This document shows positions 37,609-48,606 of a stretch of DNA of 64,000 bases, piece after piece (the first letter of the stretch is position 1; every line of letters begins with the position of its first letter). Under the pieces are notes generated by a model. The model saw only the letters and a program-made list of their open reading frames with translations, did no database searches and was not told the DNA's origin. Position numbers and translations under genes: made by a program. This stretch comes from an uncultured bacterium (lineage in GTDB: Bacteria; Bacillota_I; Bacilli_A; RF39; UBA660), in the NCBI GenBank assembly GCA_946643435.1, contig CAMPCD010000001.1, positions 4,908-68,907 of the forward strand, given 5' to 3'.

Positions 37609-38392
37609 CTCTCTTGATAACCTCCTTAGCTAAGTTATGGAATGCTATTGTAGCACGATTCTCAGGATCGTATACATTTATAGGTTCTCCATGTGAAGGT
37701 GCTTCTACTAATCTTATTAATCTTGGAATAATAGTATCAAATGTCTTATCACCAAAGAAAGATCTTACTTCTTCAACTACTTCCATACCTAAATTAGTAC
37801 GAGAATCTAACATAGTTAATAGAACGCCTTCTACTTGTAATCTTGGATTTAATTTCTTTTGTGTATTTATAATTGTGTTTAGTAATTGAGTTATACCTTC
37901 TAGTGCAAAGAATTCACATTGTACTGGTATTATTAATGAATCAGATGCAACAAGTGCATTTATAGTTAATGTTCCTAATTGTGGAGGACAGTCTATAATA
38001 ATATAATCATATCCTTTTTTAACTTGATCAATAACCTTCTTTAGTTGTTCACTAGTCTTAAAATTGGCATCATTTTTATCTCTAAATTCATAGTCAACAC
38101 CTGCTAAGTTAATTGTAGCTGGCATAACAAATAAATTAGTGAATCTAGTTTTAATAATTGCATCTCTAGGATCTACTGCTCCTATTAAACATTCATATGA
38201 TGATTTACCATTTATATCACTTTTATTAATTCCTAAACCAGTTGATGTATTACCTTGTGGGTCTAAATCAACTAATAAAGTTCTCTTACCTAGTTTACCT
38301 AAAGCAGCTGATAAATTAATGGAAACTGTTGTTTTTCCTACTCCGCCTTTTTGATTAACTAATGATATAACTCTTCCCATTTTTCCACTCAT
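37595..38392 (-). CDS. parA: Chromosome partitioning ATPase ParA/Soj
   Basis: Deviant Walker A NQKGGVGKTT, DLDPQGN, IIIDCPP. The start could instead be M5 (38380). Confidence 0.9.
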   Translation of the reverse strand: MSGKMGRVISLVNQKGGVGKTTVSINLSAALGKLGKRTLLVDLDPQGNTSTGLGINKSDINGKSSYECLIGAVDPRDAIIKTRFTNLFVMPATINLAGVDYEFRDKNDANFKTSEQLKKVIDQVKKGYDYIIIDCPPQLGTLTINALVASDSLIIPVQCEFFALEGITQLLNTIINTQKKLNPRLQVEGVLLTMLDSRTNLGMEVVEEVRSFFGDKTFDTIIPRLIRLVEAPSHGEPINVYDPENRATIAFHNLAKEVIKRDERK

Positions 38393-38469
38393 CTACTTTC
38401 TTCTTGTACATTTATAATTATACCATAAACAAGAAGCAAAAATAAACGAAAAAAGAGTATTATATACTC

Positions 38470-39231
38470 TTAATAACATCTTACGCCATCAACGTTTTCT
38501 TCAAGCAATATAGAGCCTACATTATCTATGTTAACTTTATTTACTTTTACTTGATTATTACGGCACATATAATATGCAATTGTATTATCTTCAGGTGTAT
38601 ATACTGGATAATATTGAGGATCTACTTCATCATTTTCTATATAACCAGTTATTACATTCTTAATATTGGCAACCATTGTACCTGTTTTATCATATATTTT
38701 TAATTCACCAGGATATTTACCAACATAGTTATAAGTTAAAATAATATACTTATCACTATTGATAATATAATAATCTAATGAATGATTAGTATAGTCATCT
38801 TCTTCTTTTTCGAAAGTATATAAAGGTAATATTACGCCATCTACATCTATAGTGGCTGATCCAGCACTACATTTATTATTATCTGATAAAGTAGTACACT
38901 TAAAATTAAACTTAGCTCCTCTATAAGTTGTATTAAAATCATACTTACCACTTAATCTGTGTCTATTTACTATACTTGCTAATGAAGTATTAAAGTTTGT
39001 TGCTTTTTGTTCATCATTAGAATTTATAAAATGATTATCAGATTCATTTGTTTTAACTTCTAATGTAGTTGTTGTTTCTTCATTTACGGTAGTTGAAGTT
39101 GGTGTTAAATCTGTAGACTTTGCTCTTTTCTCCTTAGCTACAAAGTTTAATAAAATAAACATGACAACAATACCAATGATTAAAATAACAAAAGATATAA
39201 TTGTACTAGTATTAAATTTATACCCCTTCAT
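38470..39231 (-). CDS. N-terminally anchored protein with Thr-rich linker, unknown function
   Basis: 253 aa with a TM helix, the linker TPTSTTVNEETTTTLE, and a Cys-containing globular domain. GGTGAT RBS. Confidence 0.55.
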   Translation of the reverse strand: MKGYKFNTSTIISFVILIIGIVVMFILLNFVAKEKRAKSTDLTPTSTTVNEETTTTLEVKTNESDNHFINSNDEQKATNFNTSLASIVNRHRLSGKYDFNTTYRGAKFNFKCTTLSDNNKCSAGSATIDVDGVILPLYTFEKEEDDYTNHSLDYYIINSDKYIILTYNYVGKYPGELKIYDKTGTMVANIKNVITGYIENDEVDPQYYPVYTPEDNTIAYYMCRNNQVKVNKVNIDNVGSILLEENVDGVRCY

Positions 39232-39278
39232 AGTATCACCTATTATAAATTATAACATACTTTAAAATAAAAAGAACT

Positions 39279-41231
39279 CTACTTTTCAGTAGAATTCTTT
39301 ATTTCATTTTCTAGTTCTTCCTTAGTCATCTTAGTATAACCTTTGATTCCTAATTCTTTTGCTTCTTCCTTTAATTCTTTTAAAGATTCATCACTTGAAG
39401 AAGATAGTTTACCTGTTGTTACAAGTTCTTCTATTTCTTCTTTAGTAATTGTTTCTTTTTCAACTAAAGTATTAGCTATTAATTTAACTAGTTTTTCATT
39501 TTCTTTTAATATTCTAGTAGTTTCTTTATAACAAGAATTAATAATCTTTTGAACTTCCTTATCAATTTCTAATGCTACAGCATCTGAGAAATCTCTATTC
39601 TTATTATAATCTCTACCTAAGAATACACCTTCAGATTGTTCTTCTAATTCGATTGGTCCTAAATCAGACATACCATATCTTGTTACCATTGATCTTGCAA
39701 TCTTAGTAGCTTTACTAAAGTCATCTGATGCACCAGTTGTTATTTCACCTAAGAATAATTGTTCAGCAACACGACCACCAAGTAATCCTGTAATTCTAGC
39801 TAATAATTCATCCTTAGTAGTAACAACCATTTTTTCTTCTGGAGGTAACATCATTGTATAACCACCAGCTTGTCCTCTTGGGATGATTGTTATCTTATGA
39901 ACATCTTCAGCATCTTTTAATTTTAAACCAACTACAGCATGTCCAGATTCATGGATAGCTACTAACATCTTTTCTTTATCAGAATATTTTCTAGAAGTCT
40001 TAGCAGGTCCCATTAGAACTCTATCTGTTGCTTCATCAATTTCTTCCATAGTTATAGCAGGTTTATTTCTTCTTACAGCTAATAAGGCTGATTCATTAAG
40101 TAAGTTTTCAAGATCAGCACCTGAGAATCCAGGAGTTCTCTTAGATAAACTTTCTAAGTTAACACTCTTATCAAAAATCTTTCCTTTAGCATGAACATCT
40201 AATATAGCTTTTCTAGCTTTTTGATCAGGTAATGAAACAGTTACTTGTCTATCAAATCTACCTGGTCTTAATAAAGCTGGGTCTAGAACGTCTGGTCTAT
40301 TTGTTGCAGCTATAACGATAATACCTTCGTTAGCTCCAAATCCATCCATTTCAGTAAGTAATTGGTTAAGTGTTTGTTCTCTTTCATCATGACCTCCACC
40401 TAAACCCGTACCTCTTTGACGACCTACAGCATCGATTTCATCGATGAATATTAAACAAGGAGCTGTATGCTTAGCTTGTTTAAACATATCTCTAACACGT
40501 GATGCACCAACACCAACGAATAATTCTACGAAATCTGAACCACTTATATAATAGAATGGAACATTAGCTTCACCAGCAACAGCTTTAGCAAGTAAAGTTT
40601 TACCTGTTCCTGGAGGACCAACTAATAATACACCTTTTGGTATTCTAGCACCCATCTTATTATATTTTTTAGGATTCTTTAAAAAGTCTATTAATTCTTC
40701 TACTTCTTCTTTTTCTTCATCTAATCCAGCAACATCTTTAAATTTCTTGCCGCCTTCATCAACTAATTTAGCTCTTGATTTACCAAAGTCCATAGAACCT
40801 TTATTAGCTCCACTTAATCTTGAGAATAATACAAAAGCAATTACAGCCATGATTACTAATGGAACTACATTGACTAAAATCAATAAGAATGAATTATTTT
40901 CAGGGTTAGTTGATACTTCCCATTTAAATTCACTATTTTGATAATATGCAGTTAATTCTTCTTGTACATTTTCACTTAATGGAGCATATACTTTGAAGTA
41001 ATCATTATTACCATAACTCTTTAATTTACCTGTGATGTAATATACACCATCAGCTTTATGTTCTTCTGTTACTATTTCAGTAACATTACCTTGACTTAAT
41101 TCAGTAATTAATTCATTATATGTTAATTTATTCCAATTCTTAGTATTAATACCAAATGTTAATAATACTACTGCAATGATAACCATTAACACAAAATATG
41201 GAATAAATTGTCTAGCATTAAATTTCTTCAT
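39279..41231 (-). CDS. ftsH: ATP-dependent zinc metalloprotease FtsH
   Basis: Walker [22 protein letters not shown] region, HESGHA zinc site. Start set at MKKFNARQF (GGGAGGA RBS 7 nt upstream). Confidence 0.95.
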   Translation of the reverse strand: MKKFNARQFIPYFVLMVIIAVVLLTFGINTKNWNKLTYNELITELSQGNVTEIVTEEHKADGVYYITGKLKSYGNNDYFKVYAPLSENVQEELTAYYQNSEFKWEVSTNPENNSFLLILVNVVPLVIMAVIAFVLFSRLSGANKGSMDFGKSRAKLVDEGGKKFKDVAGLDEEKEEVEELIDFLKNPKKYNKMGARIPKGVLLVGPPGTGKTLLAKAVAGEANVPFYYISGSDFVELFVGVGASRVRDMFKQAKHTAPCLIFIDEIDAVGRQRGTGLGGGHDEREQTLNQLLTEMDGFGANEGIIVIAATNRPDVLDPALLRPGRFDRQVTVSLPDQKARKAILDVHAKGKIFDKSVNLESLSKRTPGFSGADLENLLNESALLAVRRNKPAITMEEIDEATDRVLMGPAKTSRKYSDKEKMLVAIHESGHAVVGLKLKDAEDVHKITIIPRGQAGGYTMMLPPEEKMVVTTKDELLARITGLLGGRVAEQLFLGEITTGASDDFSKATKIARSMVTRYGMSDLGPIELEEQSEGVFLGRDYNKNRDFSDAVALEIDKEVQKIINSCYKETTRILKENEKLVKLIANTLVEKETITKEEIEELVTTGKLSSSSDESLKELKEEAKELGIKGYTKMTKEELENEIKNSTEK

Positions 41232-42555
41232 TTTTTTCCTCCCATTCATACTTAATTATTATATCATATTCCTTATCCATTCGTACATCTAATTTACTCT
41301 TTTTGATACCAGGAATAAATATAATATTATTATCATTATCTGTAACAATTGGATAAATATCTCTTAATTGTTTAGATAGTTTATTATCAATAAAAATATC
41401 TGACACTTTTTTGGATCCATTCATATTTTTAACACTTATTTTATCTCCATTTTTTTTATTTCTAATGTGTAATGGTAATTTAACATCTTTACTATTTATT
41501 CTAATAACATTATTAGACTTATCTTCTTTATAAAGTGATGTATCAGTTATATATTTAATAGTACCTATTGGTGTAATGATATCTTTATCAAATACATAAT
41601 CATATTCATCAGTTTTTTTATCTTGCGTATCAAAATATAATTTATCATATTCTTTTCTTACTTTTATATTATTTGGTAATACTATACTTATATTAGGTTT
41701 ATCACTAGTAATTGCTTTTAATAATTCATTAATATTATTATCATCAATTAAATATAGATTATCAGGATAATATATTCTAATTATTTCTCTTAATAATTTA
41801 TCTTTTATAAAATCATCTAATAAATCAAACTTCTTTAAATCTAGTACATTATTATCAAACATATCAGCCATATACTCATATACTTTAGTATTAATATAAT
41901 CATAATAGGATTGTGCTTCTTTATGATACTTTAAGAATTTTAAATGCACATTTTTATCTTCTTCTTTAAGAATAGGTAATACATATTTTCTATATCTATT
42001 TCTTAAATGTTCATCAGATAAATTAGTCGAATCCATATAATACTTAATACCTAAAATATCTAACTCTTTCATGATTTGAGCTTTAGTCAAATATACTAAA
42101 GGTCTAACAATATCATAACCATCTTTTTTAGTAATAATATTAAATCCTGCATATCCATTTAAAGTTGATCCCCTAACTAATCTTAAAAGAATAGTTTCAA
42201 TCATATCATCACCATGATGAGCAGTAAATAAGAACTTACTATTATACTTATCAATTAAAGTTTTAAAGAATTCATATCTTTTTTCTCTAGCAACTAGTTC
42301 AGTGTTTACCTTAGGTAAATCATGTAATTCAGTTCCTTCAAAAATAATATTGTTAATAACACAATAGTTTTTAACATATTCATATTCTTCTTTTGACTCT
42401 TCTCTTAGATTATGATTAACATGAGCACATACTACATCTAATCCATATTCTTTTAAAACATGCAAAAGAAACATGCTATCAGGTCCACCTGAACATGCTA
42501 CAATTACTTTGCCATCAATATTTAAAGATTGTAATAACTCTTCAATATTTTTCAT
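41218..42555 (-). CDS. tilS: tRNA(Ile)-lysidine synthetase
   Basis: PP-loop SGGPDS plus HHGDDMIETILLRLVRG. Start at MKNIEEL (GAGGAG RBS). Confidence 0.9.
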   Translation of the reverse strand: MKNIEELLQSLNIDGKVIVACSGGPDSMFLLHVLKEYGLDVVCAHVNHNLREESKEEYEYVKNYCVINNIIFEGTELHDLPKVNTELVAREKRYEFFKTLIDKYNSKFLFTAHHGDDMIETILLRLVRGSTLNGYAGFNIITKKDGYDIVRPLVYLTKAQIMKELDILGIKYYMDSTNLSDEHLRNRYRKYVLPILKEEDKNVHLKFLKYHKEAQSYYDYINTKVYEYMADMFDNNVLDLKKFDLLDDFIKDKLLREIIRIYYPDNLYLIDDNNINELLKAITSDKPNISIVLPNNIKVRKEYDKLYFDTQDKKTDEYDYVFDKDIITPIGTIKYITDTSLYKEDKSNNVIRINSKDVKLPLHIRNKKNGDKISVKNMNGSKKVSDIFIDNKLSKQLRDIYPIVTDNDNNIIFIPGIKKSKLDVRMDKEYDIIIKYEWEEKNEEI

Positions 42556-42628
42556 ATGCACTCCTCAAATCAATAGTATTATAACTTTAATATATGAAAA
42601 TGACAAGAAAACGCGATAATAACAAAAC

Positions 42629-43039
42629 TCAGATAATTTCTGAGTTTTTAACATAATCAAATTCTTCGTCTATATCTAATTTAACTAATTCATCGTTTAA
42701 AGATATTTTAGTTCTAATTTTATTGTTGATAAAATCATATATTTCAACAATAATAGGTGATTCTATTTCAGTATCATAGAAATGCTCTGTATCGTATATC
42801 TCAAAAAAGACATGATTCTCATCAAATGGAACTCCTTCAAATTTTTTGTTAATAAAGTTAGAGATATCAACACTAGATTCATAACCAACTGATAAATTCA
42901 TATATCCTTGTTCATTAGTATCATTATTTAAGAATTTCATAGATATATTAATATCATATCCTGGAACATCATTACAAATATATTTTTCAATATGTATTTG
43001 TTTTTCAACAATTATCACATTCTTTCCATTGATATTCAT
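42629..43039 (-). CDS. Acidic cytoplasmic protein, unknown function
   Basis: 136 aa, AGGTGA RBS, no recognisable motif. Confidence 0.5.
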   Translation of the reverse strand: MNINGKNVIIVEKQIHIEKYICNDVPGYDINISMKFLNNDTNEQGYMNLSVGYESSVDISNFINKKFEGVPFDENHVFFEIYDTEHFYDTEIESPIIVEIYDFINNKIRTKISLNDELVKLDIDEEFDYVKNSEII

Positions 43040-43065
43040 ACTATCACCTATTTGAATTATACAAC

Positions 43066-43099
43066 AAAAAAAGGAACCATAATAGGTTCCTTGAAAAAA
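43066..43099 (-). terminator. Intrinsic terminator after rpsI
   Basis: Minus-strand AAGGAACC-TATTAT-GGTTCCTT followed by T7. Confidence 0.75.
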
Positions 43100-43107
43100 C
43101 TTGTAAA

Positions 43108-43524
43108 CTATCTCTTTGAGAATTGAGGAGCTCTACGAGCTTTTCTAAGACCGTATTTCTTACGTTCTTTAGCTCTTGGATCTCTTGTAATCATACCTTC
43201 AACTTTTAAGATCTTTCTGAATGCATTTGGTGAAGATGGATCAGTATCTTCGTCAGCTATTAATAAAGCCTTAGCGATAGCTAATCTTATAGCACCAGTT
43301 TGTCCAGAATATCCACCACCACGTACTGTTACATCTATATCATATTGATTTTCAGTTCCAGTTAATACTAGTGGTTGTTTTAAGTCCATAACTAATACTT
43401 CGAATGGTAAGTATTCATTAACATCTTTACCATTAACTGTAATTTTACCAGTTCCTGGTGTCATTTTAACTTGAGCAGTAGAAGCTTTTCTTCTACCAGT
43501 AGTTCTTATAACGTTCTTTTTCAT
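43108..43524 (-). CDS. rpsI: 30S ribosomal protein S9
   Basis: [19 protein letters not shown] and the C-terminal [17 protein letters not shown]. Confidence 0.95.
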   Translation of the reverse strand: MKKNVIRTTGRRKASTAQVKMTPGTGKITVNGKDVNEYLPFEVLVMDLKQPLVLTGTENQYDIDVTVRGGGYSGQTGAIRLAIAKALLIADEDTDPSSPNAFRKILKVEGMITRDPRAKERKKYGLRKARRAPQFSKR

Positions 43525-43535
43525 ACTCTACCCTC

Positions 43536-43970
43536 CTACTTAACAACCTTAACTTCAGGTTTTTGAGCTTGATGTTCATGTTCAGGTCCAGCATATACAA
43601 ATAATTTCTTAATTTGTGCTCTTCCTAATCTACCTTTTGGTAACATTCCCTTAACAGCTCTTTCAATCATTTCTTCTGGATACTTTTCAATCATTTCTCC
43701 AGCAGTTCTTTCTCTTAATCCACCTGGATATCCTGAGTGATTGTAATACATCTTATCATTTAATTTATTTCCTGATAAGTTTACTTTGTTAGCGTTAACA
43801 ACGATAACATAATCACCACAGTCAACATGTGGAGTAAAAGTTACCTTACCTTTACCTCTTAATAAGTTAGCTACTTCAACAGCTAATTTACCAAGTGTAA
43901 CACCTTCAGCATCGATTACATACCAATTACGTTTAACAGTTTCCTTTTTTTCCATGAATGTACTTTTCAT
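43536..43970 (-). CDS. rplM: 50S ribosomal protein L13
   Basis: Start at [21 protein letters not shown]. The upstream in-frame extension to 44021 lies in the leader. Confidence 0.95.
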   Translation of the reverse strand: MKSTFMEKKETVKRNWYVIDAEGVTLGKLAVEVANLLRGKGKVTFTPHVDCGDYVIVVNANKVNLSGNKLNDKMYYNHSGYPGGLRERTAGEMIEKYPEEMIERAVKGMLPKGRLGRAQIKKLFVYAGPEHEHQAQKPEVKVVK

Positions 43971-44046
43971 ATTATATTTTTTCCTTTCAGATTCTCCATT
44001 TATTGGATTTCCCGGGTCCAAAAAACTTCGAATTTAAAATGTACCA
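43971..44046 (-). promoter_or_regulatory. rplM 5' leader (possible L13 autoregulatory leader)
   Basis: 5' UTR of about 75 nt with a TTGGA-CCCGGGAAA-TCCAA hairpin between the promoter and the RBS. Assignment to the L13 leader family was not verified. Confidence 0.3.
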
Positions 44047-44052
44047 TTTAAA

Positions 44053-44081
44053 ATTATATTAGATAAGTATATAAAAGTCAA
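44053..44081 (-). promoter_or_regulatory. Sigma-A promoter (TTGACT-17 nt-TATAAT) for rplM-rpsI
   Basis: -35 at 44076-44081 and -10 at 44053-44058 on the minus strand. Confidence 0.7.
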
Positions 44082-44097
44082 ACACTTTTTATACTTT

Positions 44098-44832
44098 TTA
44101 CTTTACTTGATTATATTCTACTTTCATTAAGTATAAACCACATGCAGGAACAGTCTTAAAATGATATATATTTTGTTTCTTATCTAACATCTCTTTAACT
44201 TGCTCAGGTTTTATTTTATCTTCTCCTACAAGTAGTAATGCTCCCATTAAGTTACGTACCATGTATCTATAGAAACTTTTACCAGTAAAAGTGAATTCTA
44301 ATACACCTTTATTATCTACTATATCTATACTTTCAATAATAGAATTATAGTTTTCTCTTTCACCTGATACGAATACTTCATAGTCATGTGCACCTAATAA
44401 ATAATTTGATGCTTTTATCATATTATTGATATTTAATTTCTTATTATAGTTATATAAATAATTATTCTTCATGATGTCATATTCATTTGTATTTATATAA
44501 TATTTATATATTTTTCTTATGCAATCAAATCTAGCATGGAATTCATCACTTACTGTTTCTATACTATTAATTCTAATATCACTTGGTAATCTTGAATTAA
44601 TAGCTCTAAGTAATCTTTCAATCGGTACATTTTGTTTCAATTCAAAATGTGCTTTTTGATCATATGCATGAACTCCTCGGTCTGTTCTTCCTGCACCTTT
44701 TATTTCAACTTTATCTTTATTAATAATAGTTAATACTTTTTCTATTTCTCCTTGAATAGTCCTTTTATTCTTTTGTCTTTCAAATCCATAAAAGTTTGTA
44801 CCATCATAAGAAATACTTATTAAATATTTCAT
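44098..44832 (-). CDS. truA: tRNA pseudouridine(38-40) synthase
   Basis: GAGRTDRGVHA catalytic motif, 244 aa. Confidence 0.9.
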   Translation of the reverse strand: MKYLISISYDGTNFYGFERQKNKRTIQGEIEKVLTIINKDKVEIKGAGRTDRGVHAYDQKAHFELKQNVPIERLLRAINSRLPSDIRINSIETVSDEFHARFDCIRKIYKYYINTNEYDIMKNNYLYNYNKKLNINNMIKASNYLLGAHDYEVFVSGERENYNSIIESIDIVDNKGVLEFTFTGKSFYRYMVRNLMGALLLVGEDKIKPEQVKEMLDKKQNIYHFKTVPACGLYLMKVEYNQVK

Positions 44833-45464
44833 GAAACACTCCTATAAATATCTTTAATCAAATCATTTCTATCAAATGTATATTGTAACTTTGCATTCTT
44901 TTCATTAGCTAATTCTATAAATTCAATAATATTTGTATCTTTAATATATTTCTTATTAACTAATAACTCATCAATTGTTCCTTCAAATACTTCTTTATTA
45001 TTATCAGTAATAATTATTCTATCTACTATTTTAGATAAGAATACATAGTTATTTGTAATAATAACAACTTTAATACCATCATCATGTAACTTCTTAATGA
45101 TATTAATTGTTTTCTTTTGTTCCTTATATGTAAGACCTGCATCAAAATAATCAAATATAATAAATCTTCTATTATTTAATAATAAATAAGATAATAATAC
45201 ATATTTTAAAATAGTATGAGATAAATCACTTATTTTATAGTTTAAATATTTTATATCTAAATCTAAATATGCAAATATATCTTTTATTCTTTTGTTTAGA
45301 TTAATATGTAATCCATTTAATAATCTTCTAACTGTCCAAGATTCTTTATAAGATATTCCATATATATCTAAGTATTTATCTAAATAATTAATATCACCAA
45401 TTATACCTATGATTTTTTTATCTGCATTTTTGAAATCTTTATTATTTGTATATACTACTTCCAT
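44829..45464 (-). CDS. Degenerate ABC-ATPase-like protein (EcfA'-position, all catalytic motifs lost)
   Basis: 211 aa. The Walker A position reads GIIGDINY, the signature position LSHTILKY, Walker B FIIFDYFDAGL and the H-loop VIITNNY. Confidence 0.6.
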   Translation of the reverse strand: MEVVYTNNKDFKNADKKIIGIIGDINYLDKYLDIYGISYKESWTVRRLLNGLHINLNKRIKDIFAYLDLDIKYLNYKISDLSHTILKYVLLSYLLLNNRRFIIFDYFDAGLTYKEQKKTINIIKKLHDDGIKVVIITNNYVFLSKIVDRIIITDNNKEVFEGTIDELLVNKKYIKDTNIIEFIELANEKNAKLQYTFDRNDLIKDIYRSVS

Positions 45465-46204
45465 ATCTTATTCACCAACTTACTTTTATCTAAATATAAT
45501 TTATCAATTATATTATATAGATTCAAATTTTGCGATAAGTCTACAGCAAATGGTAATCTTATACCCATATAAGGAATAATTGAATTATTATCTATTATCA
45601 CTTTATTATCTCCATATAATAAGCACTTCATATGATTCATGATTAATATATGTGTTCCATATACTAAATCATCTAAATCAGATGTTACTATTATAGAAGT
45701 AATATGTTTTTTCTTTAAATATTTATATATATTTGCTTTATCTTCTTGATCTAAATAAACAAGTAAATTATCTATACCAAATATAGTAGGTTCAATTATT
45801 AAATAAGATAATACTTTAACTAATATTCTTTTATTAACATTTAATTTAGCTATTCTACTTTTAGCTATATCTTCAAGATTAAAAAAATTAATTATCTTTT
45901 TTATTCTTTCATTAATTTCTTTATTAGAATAATTTAATAAAGATAAATAATAACCTAGTTCATCAATTACAAATGCTGAATGATATTCTTCATCATTTAA
46001 ACATACTACAATATTATTTTTTAAATAATCTATATCATAATCTTTTATACATTTATCATCTAAATAAATATCTTTATTATTTATTACATTTATTAACTTT
46101 TTTAATAAATAAGTTTTACCGGCATCTGTTGGACCAATTACATGTGTAATACTTCCATCTAGTTGCATATCTATACTCATTGATTTGATTACAAGTCTTT
46201 CCAT
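45455..46204 (-). CDS. Degenerate EcfA-like ABC ATPase (Walker A kept; signature, Walker B Glu and H-loop lost)
   Basis: 249 aa. GPTDAGKT Walker A is kept. LNVNKRILV replaces LSGGQ, IFGIDNLLVYLD replaces the DEPT box, and IVTSDLDD replaces the H-loop. The C-terminal GIRLPFAVDL resembles the EcfA tail. Confidence 0.65.
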   Translation of the reverse strand: MERLVIKSMSIDMQLDGSITHVIGPTDAGKTYLLKKLINVINNKDIYLDDKCIKDYDIDYLKNNIVVCLNDEEYHSAFVIDELGYYLSLLNYSNKEINERIKKIINFFNLEDIAKSRIAKLNVNKRILVKVLSYLIIEPTIFGIDNLLVYLDQEDKANIYKYLKKKHITSIIVTSDLDDLVYGTHILIMNHMKCLLYGDNKVIIDNNSIIPYMGIRLPFAVDLSQNLNLYNIIDKLYLDKSKLVNKIWK

Positions 46205-46267
46205 ATAACCATCCCTTAAGAAAATATTATAAAATAAAAAAAGATGTATTTCTACACCTTTTTAATA

Positions 46268-47713
46268 TTATATATATAATAAAATATATAAAACTACTAA
46301 TGTAATTGCTAATAATGCAATTAGGAATTTCCATATGAATTTAAAATATTCAGAATATTTAATACCTAATGTAGATAAACCTAACATAAGCATTATACTT
46401 GTAGGAGCAATAAATCCTGCAAATGCATAAGAAGCTTTTAATGCAATAGCAACTACTTCAGTTGGATTTAATCCTGCAAAATAAGTTCCTGTTAATGTAA
46501 CAAAATATTGGAAGTCTGCTACAAATGTAGAAGTAACTAATCCACTTAAGAACCAGTTAATTGGTCTTAAGAATTCAGCACTAAATAGTTTTCCAATACC
46601 AACAACTATTTGAGGAATAACAGGAAAGCTTACTGAGAATACTAACACTGTATAAATCATAGCAACTAATGCTAATGGTTTAAGTGCTAATTTTAAACCT
46701 TCACCTGTACCTTCAATAATTTCATCAATACTAATATTAGCAACAAACTTATAAACAATAATAGTAAGCATCATGAATGCACTGATTGTAAATAAATCCC
46801 ATTGCCCAAATGCTACAAATGTTGTTTGTCCTAATACAACTGCTGGAATAGTATATCCAAATATAGTAGCTTCAGTAATTGATTTATATAAATCATCGAA
46901 GAATGTTACTTGCCATGTACTCCAAGGCATAAATGCTAATAGAATAATTACAGCAAATATGACCATAAAGAATGCTAATGGAATAACATTAATATATTTC
47001 TTCTTAGCTGGCTTTTGTTCTTCAACAAATAAATCTTTTACTACTTCTAATTTTTTATTATTTAATCTAGGTAAGATTAATAATATTAATGCTGCTAATG
47101 AAACAACAGCTAAAATAATATGAGCTAATAATTCATTAGCATATGCCATATTAAATCCTGCAGTAGATATTAATGTTCCAACAATTCTATTTGAATATGT
47201 TGCAGCAAGTACACCTACCATAGTACTACCAAAAGTAGTAACTAATGAACTAATCTTATCAACTTTTAATCTATTTAATATAGATAATGTAAATGGTATA
47301 AATGCTAATAAAATGAAATAATCATTTACGATACTAGCTAATACAGTATAGAATACCATTGAAAGTATGATAAATACTAATTCCTTTCCTTCAAACATTT
47401 TTCCAACATTTGAAACTAATCTTTCATATTTTTTTGTTTTTCCCAATATCTTATAGAATGCAAATACTACAAATATAAAAATAAAGATATTTGTAAAATA
47501 ATAAAGCACTAATAATGGATATGTATGGAAATCAAACAAACCAATAGTTGATGTATCAAAAATTCCAGGTAGACCTTTTACTTCTTCATCAAAAGTCATT
47601 AATTCTGTTCCTTGGAAAACAGCATATCTTAATATCCATGTAAGTAAAGCTGCTACAACCATACAGATTCCAAGAATTTTAAATAAATCATGTTTCTTAA
47701 AAAAATCTTTCAT
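46268..47713 (-). CDS. YfcC/DcuC-superfamily-like polytopic transporter
   Basis: 481 aa with 12 or more TM helices. The N-terminus KKHDLFKILGICMVVAALLTWIL resembles YfcC-type carriers. GGAGG RBS. Confidence 0.55.
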   Translation of the reverse strand: MKDFFKKHDLFKILGICMVVAALLTWILRYAVFQGTELMTFDEEVKGLPGIFDTSTIGLFDFHTYPLLVLYYFTNIFIFIFVVFAFYKILGKTKKYERLVSNVGKMFEGKELVFIILSMVFYTVLASIVNDYFILLAFIPFTLSILNRLKVDKISSLVTTFGSTMVGVLAATYSNRIVGTLISTAGFNMAYANELLAHIILAVVSLAALILLILPRLNNKKLEVVKDLFVEEQKPAKKKYINVIPLAFFMVIFAVIILLAFMPWSTWQVTFFDDLYKSITEATIFGYTIPAVVLGQTTFVAFGQWDLFTISAFMMLTIIVYKFVANISIDEIIEGTGEGLKLALKPLALVAMIYTVLVFSVSFPVIPQIVVGIGKLFSAEFLRPINWFLSGLVTSTFVADFQYFVTLTGTYFAGLNPTEVVAIALKASYAFAGFIAPTSIMLMLGLSTLGIKYSEYFKFIWKFLIALLAITLVVLYILLYI

Positions 47714-47772
47714 ATTTTAACCTCCTACAACCAATTATAGCACAATTTATGAATATTAAATGAAAAAGAATG

Positions 47773-48588
47773 CTATTTTTTAGCATTCTCTTTATACATA
47801 TCAGCTACTCTTTTTATAGTCTTAACATAATTATTATCATTACGATATAATTCAATAACATCATTTGATGGATTTGATCTAAATCCTCTACTATTAATTA
47901 TTTTTATAAGACCATCTTTAGTACTTGGTTGTACAAATGGAACATATACTCTATATCCATTTATTTGAGGTGTAACCCTATGATATAAATTTTCATTTTC
48001 ATTTAATACATAAGTTTTACTAAAAGATTTACCAAATAATATTTTATCGAAAGAAATATAATTTGGTGTTTTATTATGTAGATAATTAACTGTTACTTTA
48101 GGATCTATAAATCCATTAATAGGATAATTCATAACTAAAGCATTATAATTCTTTTGTGATAATTGAAATGATTGTCTATAGATGATTCTTGGATTAGGAT
48201 CATCATCATTAAAAGTATCTAATAACTCTTCAGTATACCCAGTAGCACTGTCGTAATGTGTTACATGTCCATCATTTTGACATTCATAAAATTCTTCATC
48301 ATTTGATAATCTATACCCATCTCCAATATATGCAAATGCTGCATAAGAAACTTTTTCACCTAAATTATGTGACATTAAATATGTGTCTGTACCATATGTA
48401 TTAACACTAGACACTAAAACATTAACACCATCACCGCTATAAAAGCCTGGTTCTGTAGGTTCACAGTCTGTGTGTTTATTTACTTTTTCAACAAGTTTTC
48501 TTAATTCTTCAATATAATCTTTGTAATTAGCAAGAAATTCTTCATTTGTCATACTTGCTATCACTGAAGTATCATCAATAGCTGTCAT
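47773..48588 (-). CDS. Cytoplasmic protein, unknown function
   Basis: 271 aa, AAAGGAGA RBS, no TM helix and no motif recognised. Confidence 0.5.
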   Translation of the reverse strand: MTAIDDTSVIASMTNEEFLANYKDYIEELRKLVEKVNKHTDCEPTEPGFYSGDGVNVLVSSVNTYGTDTYLMSHNLGEKVSYAAFAYIGDGYRLSNDEEFYECQNDGHVTHYDSATGYTEELLDTFNDDDPNPRIIYRQSFQLSQKNYNALVMNYPINGFIDPKVTVNYLHNKTPNYISFDKILFGKSFSKTYVLNENENLYHRVTPQINGYRVYVPFVQPSTKDGLIKIINSRGFRSNPSNDVIELYRNDNNYVKTIKRVADMYKENAKK

Positions 48589-48606
48589 AGTTTTCTCCTT
48601 TATTAA

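Noticed and set aside
4740-47123. Remaining short antisense ORFs in the track: 4740-4928, 5327-5575, 5612-5806, 6767-6985, 11727-11945, 12004-12258, 26716-26928, 27509-27727, 31877-32065, 33603-33794, 35399-35644, 37557-37889, 38139-38354, 39343-39531, 40747-40941, 46773-47123 and 58811-59044.
   Set aside because: Each is fully embedded antisense in a longer ORF that has recognisable motifs or an RBS. None has its own RBS, and their compositions are typical of non-coding frames.
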